NCBI RefSeq assembly: GCF_001194135.2
Contig: NC_068992.1
Location: 23,657,914-23,721,913 of the forward strand
Direction: 5' to 3'
From: Octopus bimaculoides
Taxonomy: Eukaryota
DNA: 64,000 bases
Every line of letters starts with the position of its first letter. Within the stretch, counting starts at the first letter, position 1. The notes below the pieces were generated by a model. It searched no databases and had not been told where the DNA came from. It was given only the letters and a program-made list of their open reading frames with translations. Shown one piece after another: positions 37,022 through 49,845 of this stretch. Position numbers and translations under genes: made by a program.

Positions 37022-37432
37022 ATGGCAGAATCTTTAGCACTCTAGCCAAAAACTGCTTAGCGGCAATTCGTCCTTATTTATGTTCTGCTTTCAAATTCTG
37101 CCGAGGTCTACTTTCGATGAATTAAGTACTGGTTCAGCACTGGTGTCGATGTAATTGACAAGCCCCCTTCCTCCAAATTTCAGGCTTTGTGCCTATAGTA
37201 GAAAAGATTATTATATGGTAAAATGAAATGAATTTGCAAGATTGTTATCACTCAAGGCAAAATGGTTAGCGGCATTGCGCCCGTCTTAATGTTCTGAGTC
37301 CAAATTTCGCCGATGTCGTCTTTGACTTTCATGCTTTCGGGGTCGATAAAATAAGTGCCATAGAGCGCTGGGGCCGATGTAATTGACATAACTTCTTCAA
37401 ACTTTCTGGCCTTGTCCCAAAAATTTGAAACC
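37022..37432 (+). mobile_element. Two SINE family B copies (about 37022-37212 and 37255-37432)
   Basis: Both show the GTTCTG..TCAAATT..GCCGA body and family B tails. Confidence 0.7.
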
Positions 37433-39214
37433 AATATAATAAGGAAAAAAAATAGTGTTTTCTATAGAATTTGTTATAGTCCTGGGATTTAGTATCTGAG
37501 ACGATTAAATTCGGATGAAATTAAAAGCATCATTGTTGTCGTATTTGAATTCCAAAGTGTGCTGTAATATTTTAGGGTGTCGAGTTTTATCCTGCACTTT
37601 TCCAGGTTCACTTAATTAAGAATATTTCCTCTATGCGCATTTTCTTTTTCTGTAGGCAACGCTTTTTAAATGCAAAAATATAATTCAGTAATCCAAATCT
37701 GAAAATGTGTAAAATATTATAAATTGAACTTTTGTTCGGGAAATTTTAACTGCAACAAAAATTAAATGTTGTGAATTGACAGAAGTAAGGTTACTTAAAA
37801 ACGACAATGATGAACTCGAGACAAAGAAGAAGAATTGCACTAAAATACAGTAAATAGATTAAATGACGCCATTCTGAAAACTGCGCACAATCTGTAAAGA
37901 TGTAAACGATATGCGTTAAAAAAGTATTCGACTTTATTTTTGCACTCTAAACCTGATGTCATGCAGGCAACCCTTGGTGTAAGAGATCCCGTCAGCCTTA
38001 CAGAGCACGAGCGAAAATTTTCCCTGCCGGCAGATATGTATCCTAGATGTCCTGTCGTCGCCTATCTTCCTGACACGGCGGAAGGTATAAAAACAGTGAG
38101 CAAGACAAATTTGTTAGTTAGAAGCAATGAAACATATGCTTTCTAACTATTTATTTGCAATCGACATCGATAACTGTAAACATAATCAGCTTCCAAATAT
38201 TCTGTCCGATGTTTTAACGAACCAAATGGCAGCAATTATCGGTAGCAAGAATTCACAAAAAAAAACATCTGAGATTTTATTACCTTTGTTTCTGCAGGTT
38301 AGCAGATTTGCTTGAAGGAAAACAAAATGCCTATCAGCAATGTAACTGGAATAGTTTCAGAGAGACGACGACGGAACATAGTATATCTATATATATATAT
38401 ATATTACACAGAACTATCCGTGGTCGATGTTTATCTCACTCCGTTTCCCTTATATATTCCCCACTTCTCTGTCATAGGAAATATGTTCGTCTGTATTTAG
38501 ATTATTCCTCATTTCAAATCACATTATTCATTTTATTCATTTTATAATGATAAACAAGCAAATTATATAAAGCAACTGAATTTCTTTACTGAAAATCACA
38601 CCCCGACATTATTGGCAATGGATTCTTTAAAAGACAAACGCACGGGCACACATACACATAGATATGGGCTTCAATACATGCATTCAATCCACCATGCATG
38701 TATATGCGTGCGCGATTGTGTGTGAATTCACCCTCCGTCCATCTGTCTCTTTGTATACATACATGCATACACACACATATACATAGTCATATAAGTATAC
38801 GTATATCTGTGTGTGTGTACATGTGTTTACATTTCTATGTGTTATGTGTTTATGTGCAAATATCCATGTATATATGCATTAAACATTGGTGTCATGATGA
38901 AAACCGAATTTATGCTAAAAAGCGAATACAGAAAATATTTGATGGCGCTTAACCTCCAGGAAACCATTTTCACAAGATAAACCTAGTTTATCGAATATCT
39001 TTTTTTATGTAATTGAAAATTAATTTTATGTACCGGGTAATATTCCTCTGGAATTGTTATAGCACATTTGATGGCCATACATTTCAATGGTGATGTTTTA
39101 ATGTAAAATTAGCGACGGTTAAGTGCAGTATATAACATTACAGGGTAATTGGAAAATTTGAAATATTCAGATATGAAACTAGGTTATACATACATACATA
39201 CATATATACATTTT

Positions 39215-39254
<40 letters not shown>

Positions 39255-40359
39255 NNNNNNNNNNCATATAATACATATTTAAAAACACATAGCGAGACAC
39301 ACACTGACAGGTATACACACGTACTCACGGTAACACGCACGCACTCGTACTACCAATGTAATTCGAAAGTGTTGTTGAGAGACGAGGATTGACCAATATT
39401 TCGCTAATTGTTGTAGGATAGTATGTACTGGCAAGAATGACAGGTTTACCCTTGGTCCGCTCGTGTAGTTATACAACGCCCGAACAGGGGAGTGAGAAAC
39501 AGAAATACAGAGAAAGAGCGGGAGTGAGAGTGGTGAGAGAGAGGAGAAGATAAACAGAGATAGATAGAGAGATGGAGAGAAGAAGAGAAGCGAGAGGGGG
39601 AGATATAGAGAGATATAGTGAATGTATGAGAGGGGAAGCGAAATAGAAACAAAGAGAGAGGAGAGCGAGTGACACAGAGAGATTAACAGAGAATGAAGGG
39701 TAGAGAGAGTGGATGAAAGAGAAGGTGAAAGAGGGGTGAGAAAGAGAGAAAGAGAGGGTGAGTTAGAGGGGAGAAAAAGAGAAACAGAGATTGAAGTTGC
39801 TGTTCGTGAGCCAAAATTTGAAACCAATGTTTAGGCAAATTGTGAATGGGTTACGTATTCTGAGGAACGTAAGATCAATATATATGCTTGCGTTATTTTA
39901 ATTGTGTGTGCGATGGCATTTTTCTTTGTGGTGCGTACTTAGGTTTGTGTGTGTGTGCGCGTTCTTGTGTAACTAAGAGACAAAACAACTAAATAATTAG
40001 GTAACCAACGTGTCGTAACTAAGCGTACTCGTCAGATAGCAGTACCAAATGCTTTGTCGGATATTCATCATCTCCTTTTGCTCCCATTTTAAGTACCAAT
40101 AATGAAAAATCCGATTTCCTCCTGTTCGTGGAAAACAGAACAAAAGACCTTGCCAGAGGGGCTTAGATTACCAGAATTCTCAGAGCGCCCGATAGAATAA
40201 TTTCCTGTGATCTTTCTAGCTTTGCTCCTTCTGGTTTCTGCGGTGATTCCGAGAAAGTTTCCCAATAACAGTCGGTCATTGAGAACGTTTCCATATATAC
40301 ATGCATTCATTCATGCATGTATCAACATTAATATAGATATATATGTGTATACTTATATG

Positions 40360-40451
<92 letters not shown>

Positions 40452-40570
40452 GCACACACACNNNNNNNNNNNNNNNNNNNNNNNNNNNNNNNNNNNNNNN
40501 NNNNNNNNNNNNNNNNNNNNNNNNNNNNNNNNNNNNNNNNNNNNNNNNNNNNNNNNNNNNNNNNNNNNNN

Positions 40571-40647
<77 letters not shown>

Positions 40648-41050
40648 AGTGCTTTCCCTAATAAGCATAAACTTCTTTTTGAAGTACGAAGAAGTGCACT
40701 GAATCTTATGGCATAAAAAATATCAGTGAGCTAATAAATTTGATTGCTTAATTACTTTTTCCCTTAATTCTCATTACGCTCTGCTGTAATCGCCTATCTA
40801 TTTCCTCTGAAGGGCCTGTATAATCAGCTTTAAGGACAAGTCATTGATATCACGGTGCATTACCGGAATCCTAATATACATATATATGTTGAGAAAGGTA
40901 ATTGACTACATAAATGCTTGTGTGAGTGTGTATATATATGCGAGTGTAACTATGCGTGCGCGTTTGTGCATTTGGCGAAGAGATTTAATGTTACACACGA
41001 AGCGTTGAAAGCGCGTCCACTTTCGAGTTTTATCTCTTAAAAAAGAAAGC

Positions 41051-41539
<489 letters not shown>

Positions 41540-43155
41540 AAAGAACGCTTGCTCTTGATAATTTTCTAGAATCTCCAATAATTTTGGGGGAATATGCGAA
41601 GTTCCTGAACTCATTAATCGATCTCCCTTAGCACTTTACCCTGAATAACACGTGTAATTCGAAAAACAGGTCATTAATATCTCAGTGCGTTAACGAAGTC
41701 CTGATATATATATATAAGCTGGAGTACTAGTTTCAAAATAATCGACTATATGTATGCCTGTGTGAGTGTATGTATATGCGAGTGCAATTATGTTTCATCT
41801 TCCTACTCTCATCTTTTGCAGCGACGTGCTCCGGGCGTGCGTCGCAACCAATTTTTGAAATGCAAAGCAATATGTTTGGCGCAGTTATGAAAGCACGTAT
41901 TTCTATAACCTGTCCATTATATATAGACGTCATAAATCAGTTGTGACAGTGTATATCACCCTAAATTTATCATGAATACTGATACAAGTGTGCATGGTGG
42001 CATTTTATTGTGCCTACGTCTATATATCTGTATCTACAAACATGTCTAGATGGTCGTGTGCGTATATATTTCTGTATATACACACACACTGATTACCTAT
42101 GTGAACTGTTGTGGAATTTACAAATGTTCTTGATATTTTCTTCAACAACAACATAATAATAATAATACGAACTCGGGAAGATAAATTATTTTACATACAC
42201 GCATAACATGCGTGTATTAGTTTCCATCCCCGGATGTTCAGTGTATGTTCTCTTGTATCTGTTATTATTTACAACCTTTATACATGGCTATGTTGATATT
42301 TTTTCCCGTTATTTCTATCAGGTTATCCTGTTATTCTTTTCCACATATTAAGTACTGTTCAGATTTCCCGTTGTGTATCTTAGGGGCAAAGTATATATCG
42401 ATGTCTTTTTTCCCATTAGAGCTAAGAACAAATCAATAACACAGATGAAACGGTTATGTACATTCACAAACACACACACGCACACACACACACACACACA
42501 CTCGTATATATATATATTAAACATGTAGTCACGACTATATAAATGCAAGTATTCATGTGTATATATATANNNNNNNNNNNNNNNNNNNNNNNNNNNNNNN
42601 NNNNNNNNNNNNNNNNNNNNNNNNNNNNNNNNNNNNNNNNNNNNNNNNNNNNNNNNNNNNNNNNNNNNNNNNNNNNNNNNNNNNNNNNNNNNNNNNNNNN
42701 NNNNNNNNNNNNNNNNNNNNNNNNNNNNNNNNNNNNNNNNNNNNNNNNNNNNNNNNNNNNNNNNNNNNNNNNNNNNNNNNNNNNNNNNNNNNNNNNNNNN
42801 NNNNNNNNNNNNNNNNNNNNNNNNNNNNNNNNNNNNNNNNNNNNNNNNNNNNNNNNNNNNNNNNNNNNNNNNNNNNNNNNNNNNNNNNNNNNNNNNNNNN
42901 NNNNNNNNNNNNNNNNNNNNNNNNNNNNNNNNNNNNNNNNNNNNNNNNNNNNNNNNNNNNNNNNNNNNNNNNNNNNNNNNNNNNNNNNNNNNNNNNNNNN
43001 NNNNNNNNNNNNNNNNNNNNNNNNNNNNNNNNNNNNNNNNNNNNNNNNNNNNNNNNNNNNNNNNNNNNNNNNNNNNNNNNNNNNNNNNNNNNNNNNNNNN
43101 NNNNNNNNNNNNNNNNNNNNNNNNNNNNNNNNNNNNNNNNNNNNNNNNNNNNNNN

Positions 43156-43193
<38 letters not shown>

Positions 43194-44823
43194 TTTGTGT
43201 GTAATGTATATGGGTATATCTATGTAACTATATATGAAGAGATAGTTAGATAGATATAGATGCAATGCATGTGTATGTATATTTGTGTATTCGTGTGTTC
43301 TTGTGTGTATGCTTTTGCATGTATCTGTCTATGAATTTGCTTTTACATTAATATAAATTCATTTATTTATTTTCCATGAAATTGTCTGTAAGATGTATAT
43401 TACCTCAGGAAATAAGGTTGTTCTTCAAATGTGGTGTACATTTTTACGTATTTCCTATCACTTGTACAGAGATTTATATACGTAAATACATAGAAGCATA
43501 GGTACATATATATATACAGAGGCACGTAAAAGTGTGAACAAGTATGCGTTTATGCATATTTATACATACACATATTCGTGCACATACATACACACTTATT
43601 TGCTTATCCACGTATGTAAGTATACATATATGTGTTGAAAAGTGTGTGCTTGTATATAACATATATAGACACACCCACACACATGCATATATACAAGGTT
43701 ACTTACTACATAGATATATATGCATGCGCTCTGTGGCTAATCGAAAATTGAAGAAAATTGTTTATTCATCGTGCATGTGCTCGCCCAGTTGTCTCTGTAT
43801 ACGTGTCTCTAATCTGTTGTCGATTGAAAACTTTTGAATTGTGTCCGTTCTCTTCAGAGCTAATTCTAGAATTTTTCTTTAGAATCCGATTTCACATTGT
43901 ATTTCAGTATTCTGTTTATCATTCGAGAATATATTGGCTTCTCTATAAAATTGCTTACTGCGTTTTGAAGTTGGTGAGACATATTCTATAATGTAGTCCT
44001 AGAAATGCAACTCCTGGAATGAAATATTGTTTCATAAGGAGAACGTCTTTATACTTGGTCAATTCTTTCAGTTAGGTTTGATGTAAAGCAATCAGCGACC
44101 GCACGAACGAAACCATTGGCAACAATAAAAACCACAACGACAACCACTGGAACATATTGCCGTATTCTTCACATGGCTTCGCGATTTTGGTAGCAGAGCT
44201 AAGTATATTTCTTTTAATCTTATCGCAGGTTTACTTAATCGGAGTTAACATAGAATCCAGGCAATATTTTTTGTCACAACATGGGGTAAATGCATAAAGG
44301 TAAGCAGTTATCGCAACATGGCAATTAGAAAGGAATTGAAGTTTATGCTTTGAAATATTGCTAGAATTATGTGAAGTTGGGATTTGATCGATCCAGTAAA
44401 CATCGTTAGATATACTCGTTTTACTAACTCACGATTGAAACGCAAAGTCTTGTCGTGATATTAAGATATGTTGATATTATTTCTTCCATATCTGAATCTT
44501 GTGACTGCATCAATTATACGGATTTCACAAGCAACATCTTTCAATTATTTGAGTGAATTGTGTATATTATTGAATAAATAAACTTCAGTATAAGTTTCCA
44601 CGTATCTTAGCAACTTAAGAAACATAAGATTGAAGGATTTGAACTAATGCGTATTTTCCAGGGATTATCTAAGCTGCTGAACTTAGATGGAAACCTGAGT
44701 TTACGTGGTGGTTCTGAGTTCTTTTTTCAGAGTTTGACAACTATCCTCTAGCTAGCTCCGAGCTCATCAATATATTTTGTGTGCTAGGAGTAGAATCCTC
44801 CCACCAAAAAAAAAAAAAATGAA

Positions 44824-44975
44824 AGGCATGAATGTGTGGTAAGAATCTTGCTTCCTAACGACGTGATTCCGAGTTCAGTCCCACTGCGTGTCATCTTGGG
44901 TAAGTGTCTTTTACTACAGCTGACCAAAAGCTTGTGAGTGGATTTGGTCGACGGAAAACTGAAAGAAGCCTGTAG
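44824..44975 (+). mobile_element. SINE family C, 5' half
   Basis: TGTGTGGTAAG...GATTCCGAGTTCAGTCCCACTGCGTGTCATCTTGGGTAAGTGTCTT...GGATTTGGTCGACGGAAAACTGAAAGAAGCC. Confidence 0.75.
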
Positions 44976-45057
44976 CGTATGTGTAACTATATATAAACAA
45001 TGAAGCGAATAGCTACATCAAAGTGGCAGATGAATGTTACTACTAGTTCAACCCCCA

Positions 45058-45400
45058 AGAAATTTTCGGTTCATTTGTTTCTTCAGTCTTGAAAAGTAAA
45101 AGTGTAACACCTTAAACTAGCCAAGAGGACACTTTATTTTGTTGCTGCAAAACAACGTAGTAGAGTCTAGTCAGCGGTTCGTGACGTTCTGAAAAAGTAT
45201 TCAACGAATAATTAAGAATTCTATCCGTTTCTGGAGACTTCCATTCACACAATTTTCTGAGAGCAGACCTTACATTCTCCTACCGTGATACTCTCCCATT
45301 TTTGCTATTCTGAGTGTGCTCACTAAGGGGATAATCTATCAATCCATGGAGCATTTTTATTGTGCGTTATTTCTTCTGCCCAAGTCTTACTCCAATATTG
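45058..45400 (-). mobile_element. Dong/R4-type LINE fragment (RT N-terminal region)
   Basis: Frameshifted minus-strand YWSKTWAEEITHNKNAPWIDRL, SALRKLCEWKSP and GVTLLLFKTEETNEPK match the R4/Dong pattern FWS.IW.....HN..A.W / KA..WKSPG.D / G.T.LL.K...T..PKNYRPI. Confidence 0.7.
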
Positions 45401-46875
45401 CCGCATGTTTTTGCAGTGGGTGAGGACACAGATTTTACTGACAATGATGCTTTTCCTACTTTCCTGTAAAATTATTTTGAATTATTTTTGAATATGTTTT
45501 TTTGTTTTTGAAGAACCTGCCGTGTTTTGCATCACGTGATGTGCAGGCGGCTTTAGCAGACACATATTACTTGAGAGATCCTATAAGGCATTGATGTCAA
45601 GTATGTATTTCGAAAGCTTGGACATTGACATTAGTGGATGGGTCTGTATGTTTAGTGTTAACGTTTTGAAACCCAAGCCCCTTAGAGTTCTTCGAATAAA
45701 AACGTTTCTCGTAATATAATATCATGGGGCTCACAAACTGAGACTGTTTTTCTTGATATATCTATCTCCGGACATAAATGCTTTGTAGGATTTTAAATTA
45801 AGAAATTGTTCTTTCTTTTTGTGTTCGTTCGAACAATATTTTGTTTTTGTTTCGCATTGTTCATGCCACGTGTTTTCATGTGTGTGTGTATGTATGTGTG
45901 TGTCTGTGCGTGTTTTTGTGTGTGTACATGTATATATATNNNNNNNNNNNNNNNNNNNNNNNNNNNNNNNNNNNNNNNNNNNNNNNNNNNNNNNNNNNNN
46001 NNNNNNNNNNNNNNNNNNNNNNNNNNNNNNNNNNNATATATATATATATATATATATATAAGCAATATATGAGTACATCCATATATATGTACATGTGCGT
46101 GTGTGTGTATGTACATGTGTGTGTATATATGTGTGTGTGTGTTTGTGTGCATGTGGTGCAAAATTTAAATGGTTGTATAAGAATAAAGGTGTATGTGTAA
46201 TCCTATGGATATCAAAATGTATACATGGTTGTATTGACATTCGAACGCATACGTAATCAATCAATTTAGTATTTACTGCTTCGTTAAACTTATATCTTAT
46301 GTTTCACAGAGACATCGTGCATAGCAGAAACACCAACGAAAAAAAAAAAAAAGCATTTTTCGAACGGAGTACCCACCCTATTTTCCTATGGGCCTTTACA
46401 AATGCATTAAACTCTTGATTCGTCCTTTAGAAACACATCAACGCTTCTGTCACCAAACTCCAAACAGACTTAAACAAATAAATAACCTTACGTTTATTCT
46501 GATATTGATTTCTCACATTAGCACAAAGTTACACACTTGTTGCCAATGAATAAATCTTGATATCGATCTCATTAACTTACTGTTAATTGTTCAATCCATA
46601 CTCTTCAGAAGAAATTGAACTCAATACGTCAAGACTCAAACAAATACAGGAAGTCATTTAATCCGATGTTATACAATCATTCAATTTATTTTGCTATTAA
46701 TTCCAGTAATTCGTTGTACTATAGACACAATATTTACATTATTTACATTTGACTGATATTTGTCCTCATCTTGTTATACCCTCCAGCCTTCATCAGGTGT
46801 CTTGGGGGAAATTTCGAATCTAGGTTGTCATTCCTTATGTATTTTTCGATATTATTATTGTTATTATTATTATTA

Positions 46876-46907
<32 letters not shown>

Positions 46908-46925
46908 GTTATTATTATTATCATT

Positions 46926-47137
46926 CAGTAGTTCTATTTTTTATAACGTGCTTTCACTTCACTACAGAGCGCAGCTCTGTGTGCCTTGGGTAGGTGCTGT
47001 GGTTTGCTGTGATGCTCTTATGGTTACTGTATTGAAAGTGTTTTGCGTAGGATGTGTGCAGTGCAGAGTAGTGCAATTTTCTATATGTTATATATATTTG
47101 TAAGTCCTGGTGTTTTTGTTCTGTATATGTCTGAATA
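46926..47137 (-). mobile_element. Dong/R4 LINE 3' end inserted in the (AAT)n spacer of family H copy 4
   Basis: Minus strand encodes TKTPGLTNIYNI*KIALLCTAHILRKTLSIQ* followed by the same 3' UTR as 63097-63193. Confidence 0.85.
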
Positions 47138-47250
47138 TTTTTTTTTTAATTATTATTGAGGTCACTGCCTGGAATCAAACTCTGAATCTTGGGGTTAGTA
47201 ACCCGCACTCTTAACCACTATGCCATAAACCCAGGTTCGAAATTTTCCAA

Positions 47251-47295
47251 GACACCTGATGAAGGCTGGAGATATATCAGCCGAAACGTTGTGTT
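47251..47295 (+). ncRNA. Intact minimal type I hammerhead ribozyme motif (Penelope type)
   Basis: Stem I GACAC/GUGUU; core CUGAUGA (47256-62) plus an extra A; stem II GGCUG/CAGCC; GAA; loopless palindromic stem III ACGU; cleavage triplet GUU with predicted cut after 47290. Confidence 0.75.
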
Positions 47296-47419
47296 AACAA
47301 CAAACAAGATGAGGACAAAGATACGTCAAATGTAAATAATGTAAATAATGTACATAATTTCTCATCTCTTAAATATAGAACTGTATAGACACAATGCCTG
47401 AAATTAAAGTGGGGGGGGT

Positions 47420-47548
47420 AGATGTTCATATCGTCCTGGTACTCAACTGGTAAATATTTTATCGACTCCTAAAGAACCAAAACGACCGTTGACCTCGGTA
47501 CCACTTAGCATTTTAACCGGCATGCTAGTAATTCTGCCACCTTGCTAA
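47420..47548 (-). mobile_element. SINE family B (diverged)
   Basis: TTATCGACTCC..AAGAA...GTTGACCTCGG and CTTAGCATTTTAACCGGCATGCTAGTAATTCTGCCA. Confidence 0.6.
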
Positions 47549-49761
47549 TTCTAATAAATAGGATTTTAACATTGACACGTGGTAATATAATGTTGGAAAG
47601 GGTACAGTTAATTTGGCCGATATGAGAAATAAAATTTCGTTTTATCGTACCAGGAAGTGCTGAAGTCAGTCCCCTCCACGGAAGTAGAACGTAAAATAAG
47701 CAACGATTTATTCTCAAGGTAACTTTTATTCAGCGCTATAAACAATCTCTTCCTATCGATCGCAATGGCAGTTCTAGTTGTAATGAATCTTAACATAAAC
47801 ACAATTTCACAAATTTGGGGTAAGAGTACTGTGTATTGAATCGACAATTCTAACTATAAAAAAATATTTTCCTTTCTTTCTATTATGTGGCTGGCTCTGA
47901 TCAGGTTATTTTATGCGACTCCATGAAATACGATCGAACAAAAGAAACGATCTAATTGAATGTACTACGCCGAAGCTGTCAGCTTGCTAGAGACAGATCA
48001 ATAGGATGCACCGATGTTCATATCCCCAAAGCATTAAGTGACGTAAATTAACTGCGATGGCTTCAAACGGGTATTGCCTCTCTCTAATTTCAGTTTCCTC
48101 TTCTTTGTTCTACTTACGACTTTTTCCCAACAAATTCTCCCCTCAACCTTCTCTTATACCACTCCCTACATCGCTACCCAACACATAACCTTTTCCGTTA
48201 TTTTATCTCCTTCATTCACAGCCTATATTGAAAGCAACAACAACATTATTTCTATCTCTTTTACACGTAAGGAAAAATCAGAGATCACAAACGTTTTCAC
48301 TCCTCAATGTAGTTGATATCGTCTAACTGTGTTACAAACTTACCTATGTATTAATCGTTGCCATGTAAACAAACAAGGGCTTGTTCGGGCTCTCGTGAGA
48401 TAGCTACAGCAGCAGCTAACTTATATCAGAATAAAGGTGACTCGAACAATATTTTAAACAATTTCAGCGTATAATCTGCAAATACATTTTTAACATAAAT
48501 GGAACTTCAACGAGATTGCGCAATCCAATTAGATATATGATGTAACTTCCCTCAAATAAAACCTACAGAATTATAAAAGACTGATGACTCATTGTACAGT
48601 ATATTCACTGATTGGAGAAAAGCGATGGGTATGGTAACAATTTAAACTCCTTTTATCCACATTTTTACCTACTTAAAAACGATTAACGGCGGCGAGAAGA
48701 ACATCTTATATACTTTTGCAACCAGTGGCGTAGCTGGAAAGTGTGGTGCCGGGGCAATTCTTGAGTTAACAACTCAGAGCTCCCATCATCTAAAAAGCAA
48801 ACACCGAGATGCATATCCATAGAAGATTCGATCATGGCGAAACGTCCCTCCACATCTATACTATTTGGTACATATTTTTATAACTGACGCTTGACTCTTA
48901 GTCCCTATTGGTTCCGGCCTTGGTAAAAACGAACGTGTAAAAATAAATCCAGACCATATGTAGTGGTCTGACGTAGTGAGATTTTGCTATCTTCAATGAA
49001 TCTACATAGGAAATGTATGAAAGAATGGAAGAATAGTCGTAACATATTGGATTTGTAGTAACATTCGATCCCTAGAGAAGTTTATTCGATCCCTAGAGAA
49101 GTTTATTACGTTTGATATAAAAGCTTAATGATTACATTCAATAGTATATCCCAGTATTTCAGGGCGTCTTTCTTAAAGTCCATTGTGAGTAATCTACGAA
49201 CTAGTGGCTTTCAATAGCCCCATGTGTGTTACATGAGGCTCACAGTCTCTGCGCTTATAACGACTCAGTATACATATGTATTAAAAAAATATCAGTAGAA
49301 ATATGTAAATAAGATCTTCCTAAGCACTTGAAACAAATATCGCACTTTCATATTTATATCTCAATCAAACCATTAGTGTTTTATATAAGTTACTCTCTCT
49401 CTTTCTCATGTTCTGTCACTCACTTTGTATATCTATCTATCTATCTATCTATCTAATTATAAAGATATAATCTTTCTTTAATGTTAATATGTTAGTATGT
49501 ATGTATAAATGTGTGTGTGTCTGTGTGTTTATACCTACCTACATACATATACATATATACAAAATTATTTAATAAATCATATTTATTAAATAATATCTAT
49601 CATACACCGTATGGAGTATTTTTTTTCTTTATCGTACCATCAAGGTCAATACACTATATATATGTATATGTAGAAGGTTGAAAAGGAACACACGAGTTGA
49701 TATGCATAAAGAAAATAAGACAAGGTAAAAATTGCTAAAATAATTTTATCACGAAGAACAT

Positions 49762-49801
49762 TTTAGTACCGGTTTCAGTCTTTGCGATTTTTTCAACTTA
49801 G
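49762..49801 (-). ncRNA. Hammerhead-like motif of a third repeat family (U3-A8 core variant)
   Basis: Minus strand CUAAG UUGAAAA AAUC GCAAA GACU GAA ACCGGU A CUAAA. Stem III is the palindrome ACCGGU; stems I and II carry mismatches. Confidence 0.4.
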
Positions 49802-49845
49802 AGTAAGGCATGAAAAACAATTAAATTGTGGAAAAATTAAATAAT

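Larger units (their letters stand above)
46732..47383 (+). mobile_element. Fold-back/hammerhead element family H, copy 4 (both arms, TSD, nested Dong/R4 tail)
   Basis: Inverted arms at about 46732-46850 and 47230-47383, an antisense tRNA-like head at 47160-47227, and a flanking direct repeat TATAGACACAAT at 46720-46731 and 47384-47395. Confidence 0.9.

Noticed and set aside
39279-39827. 182-aa Ser/Leu-rich ORF
   Set aside because: It is a translation of a GA-rich low-complexity tract.
48722-48756. hAT-like terminus CAGTGGCGTAGC
   Set aside because: No matching inverted partner or 8-bp TSD was found in the window.
49063-49104. 21-bp tandem duplication as a CRISPR-like or functional array
   Set aside because: Only two directly abutting copies with no spacer, in eukaryotic DNA.
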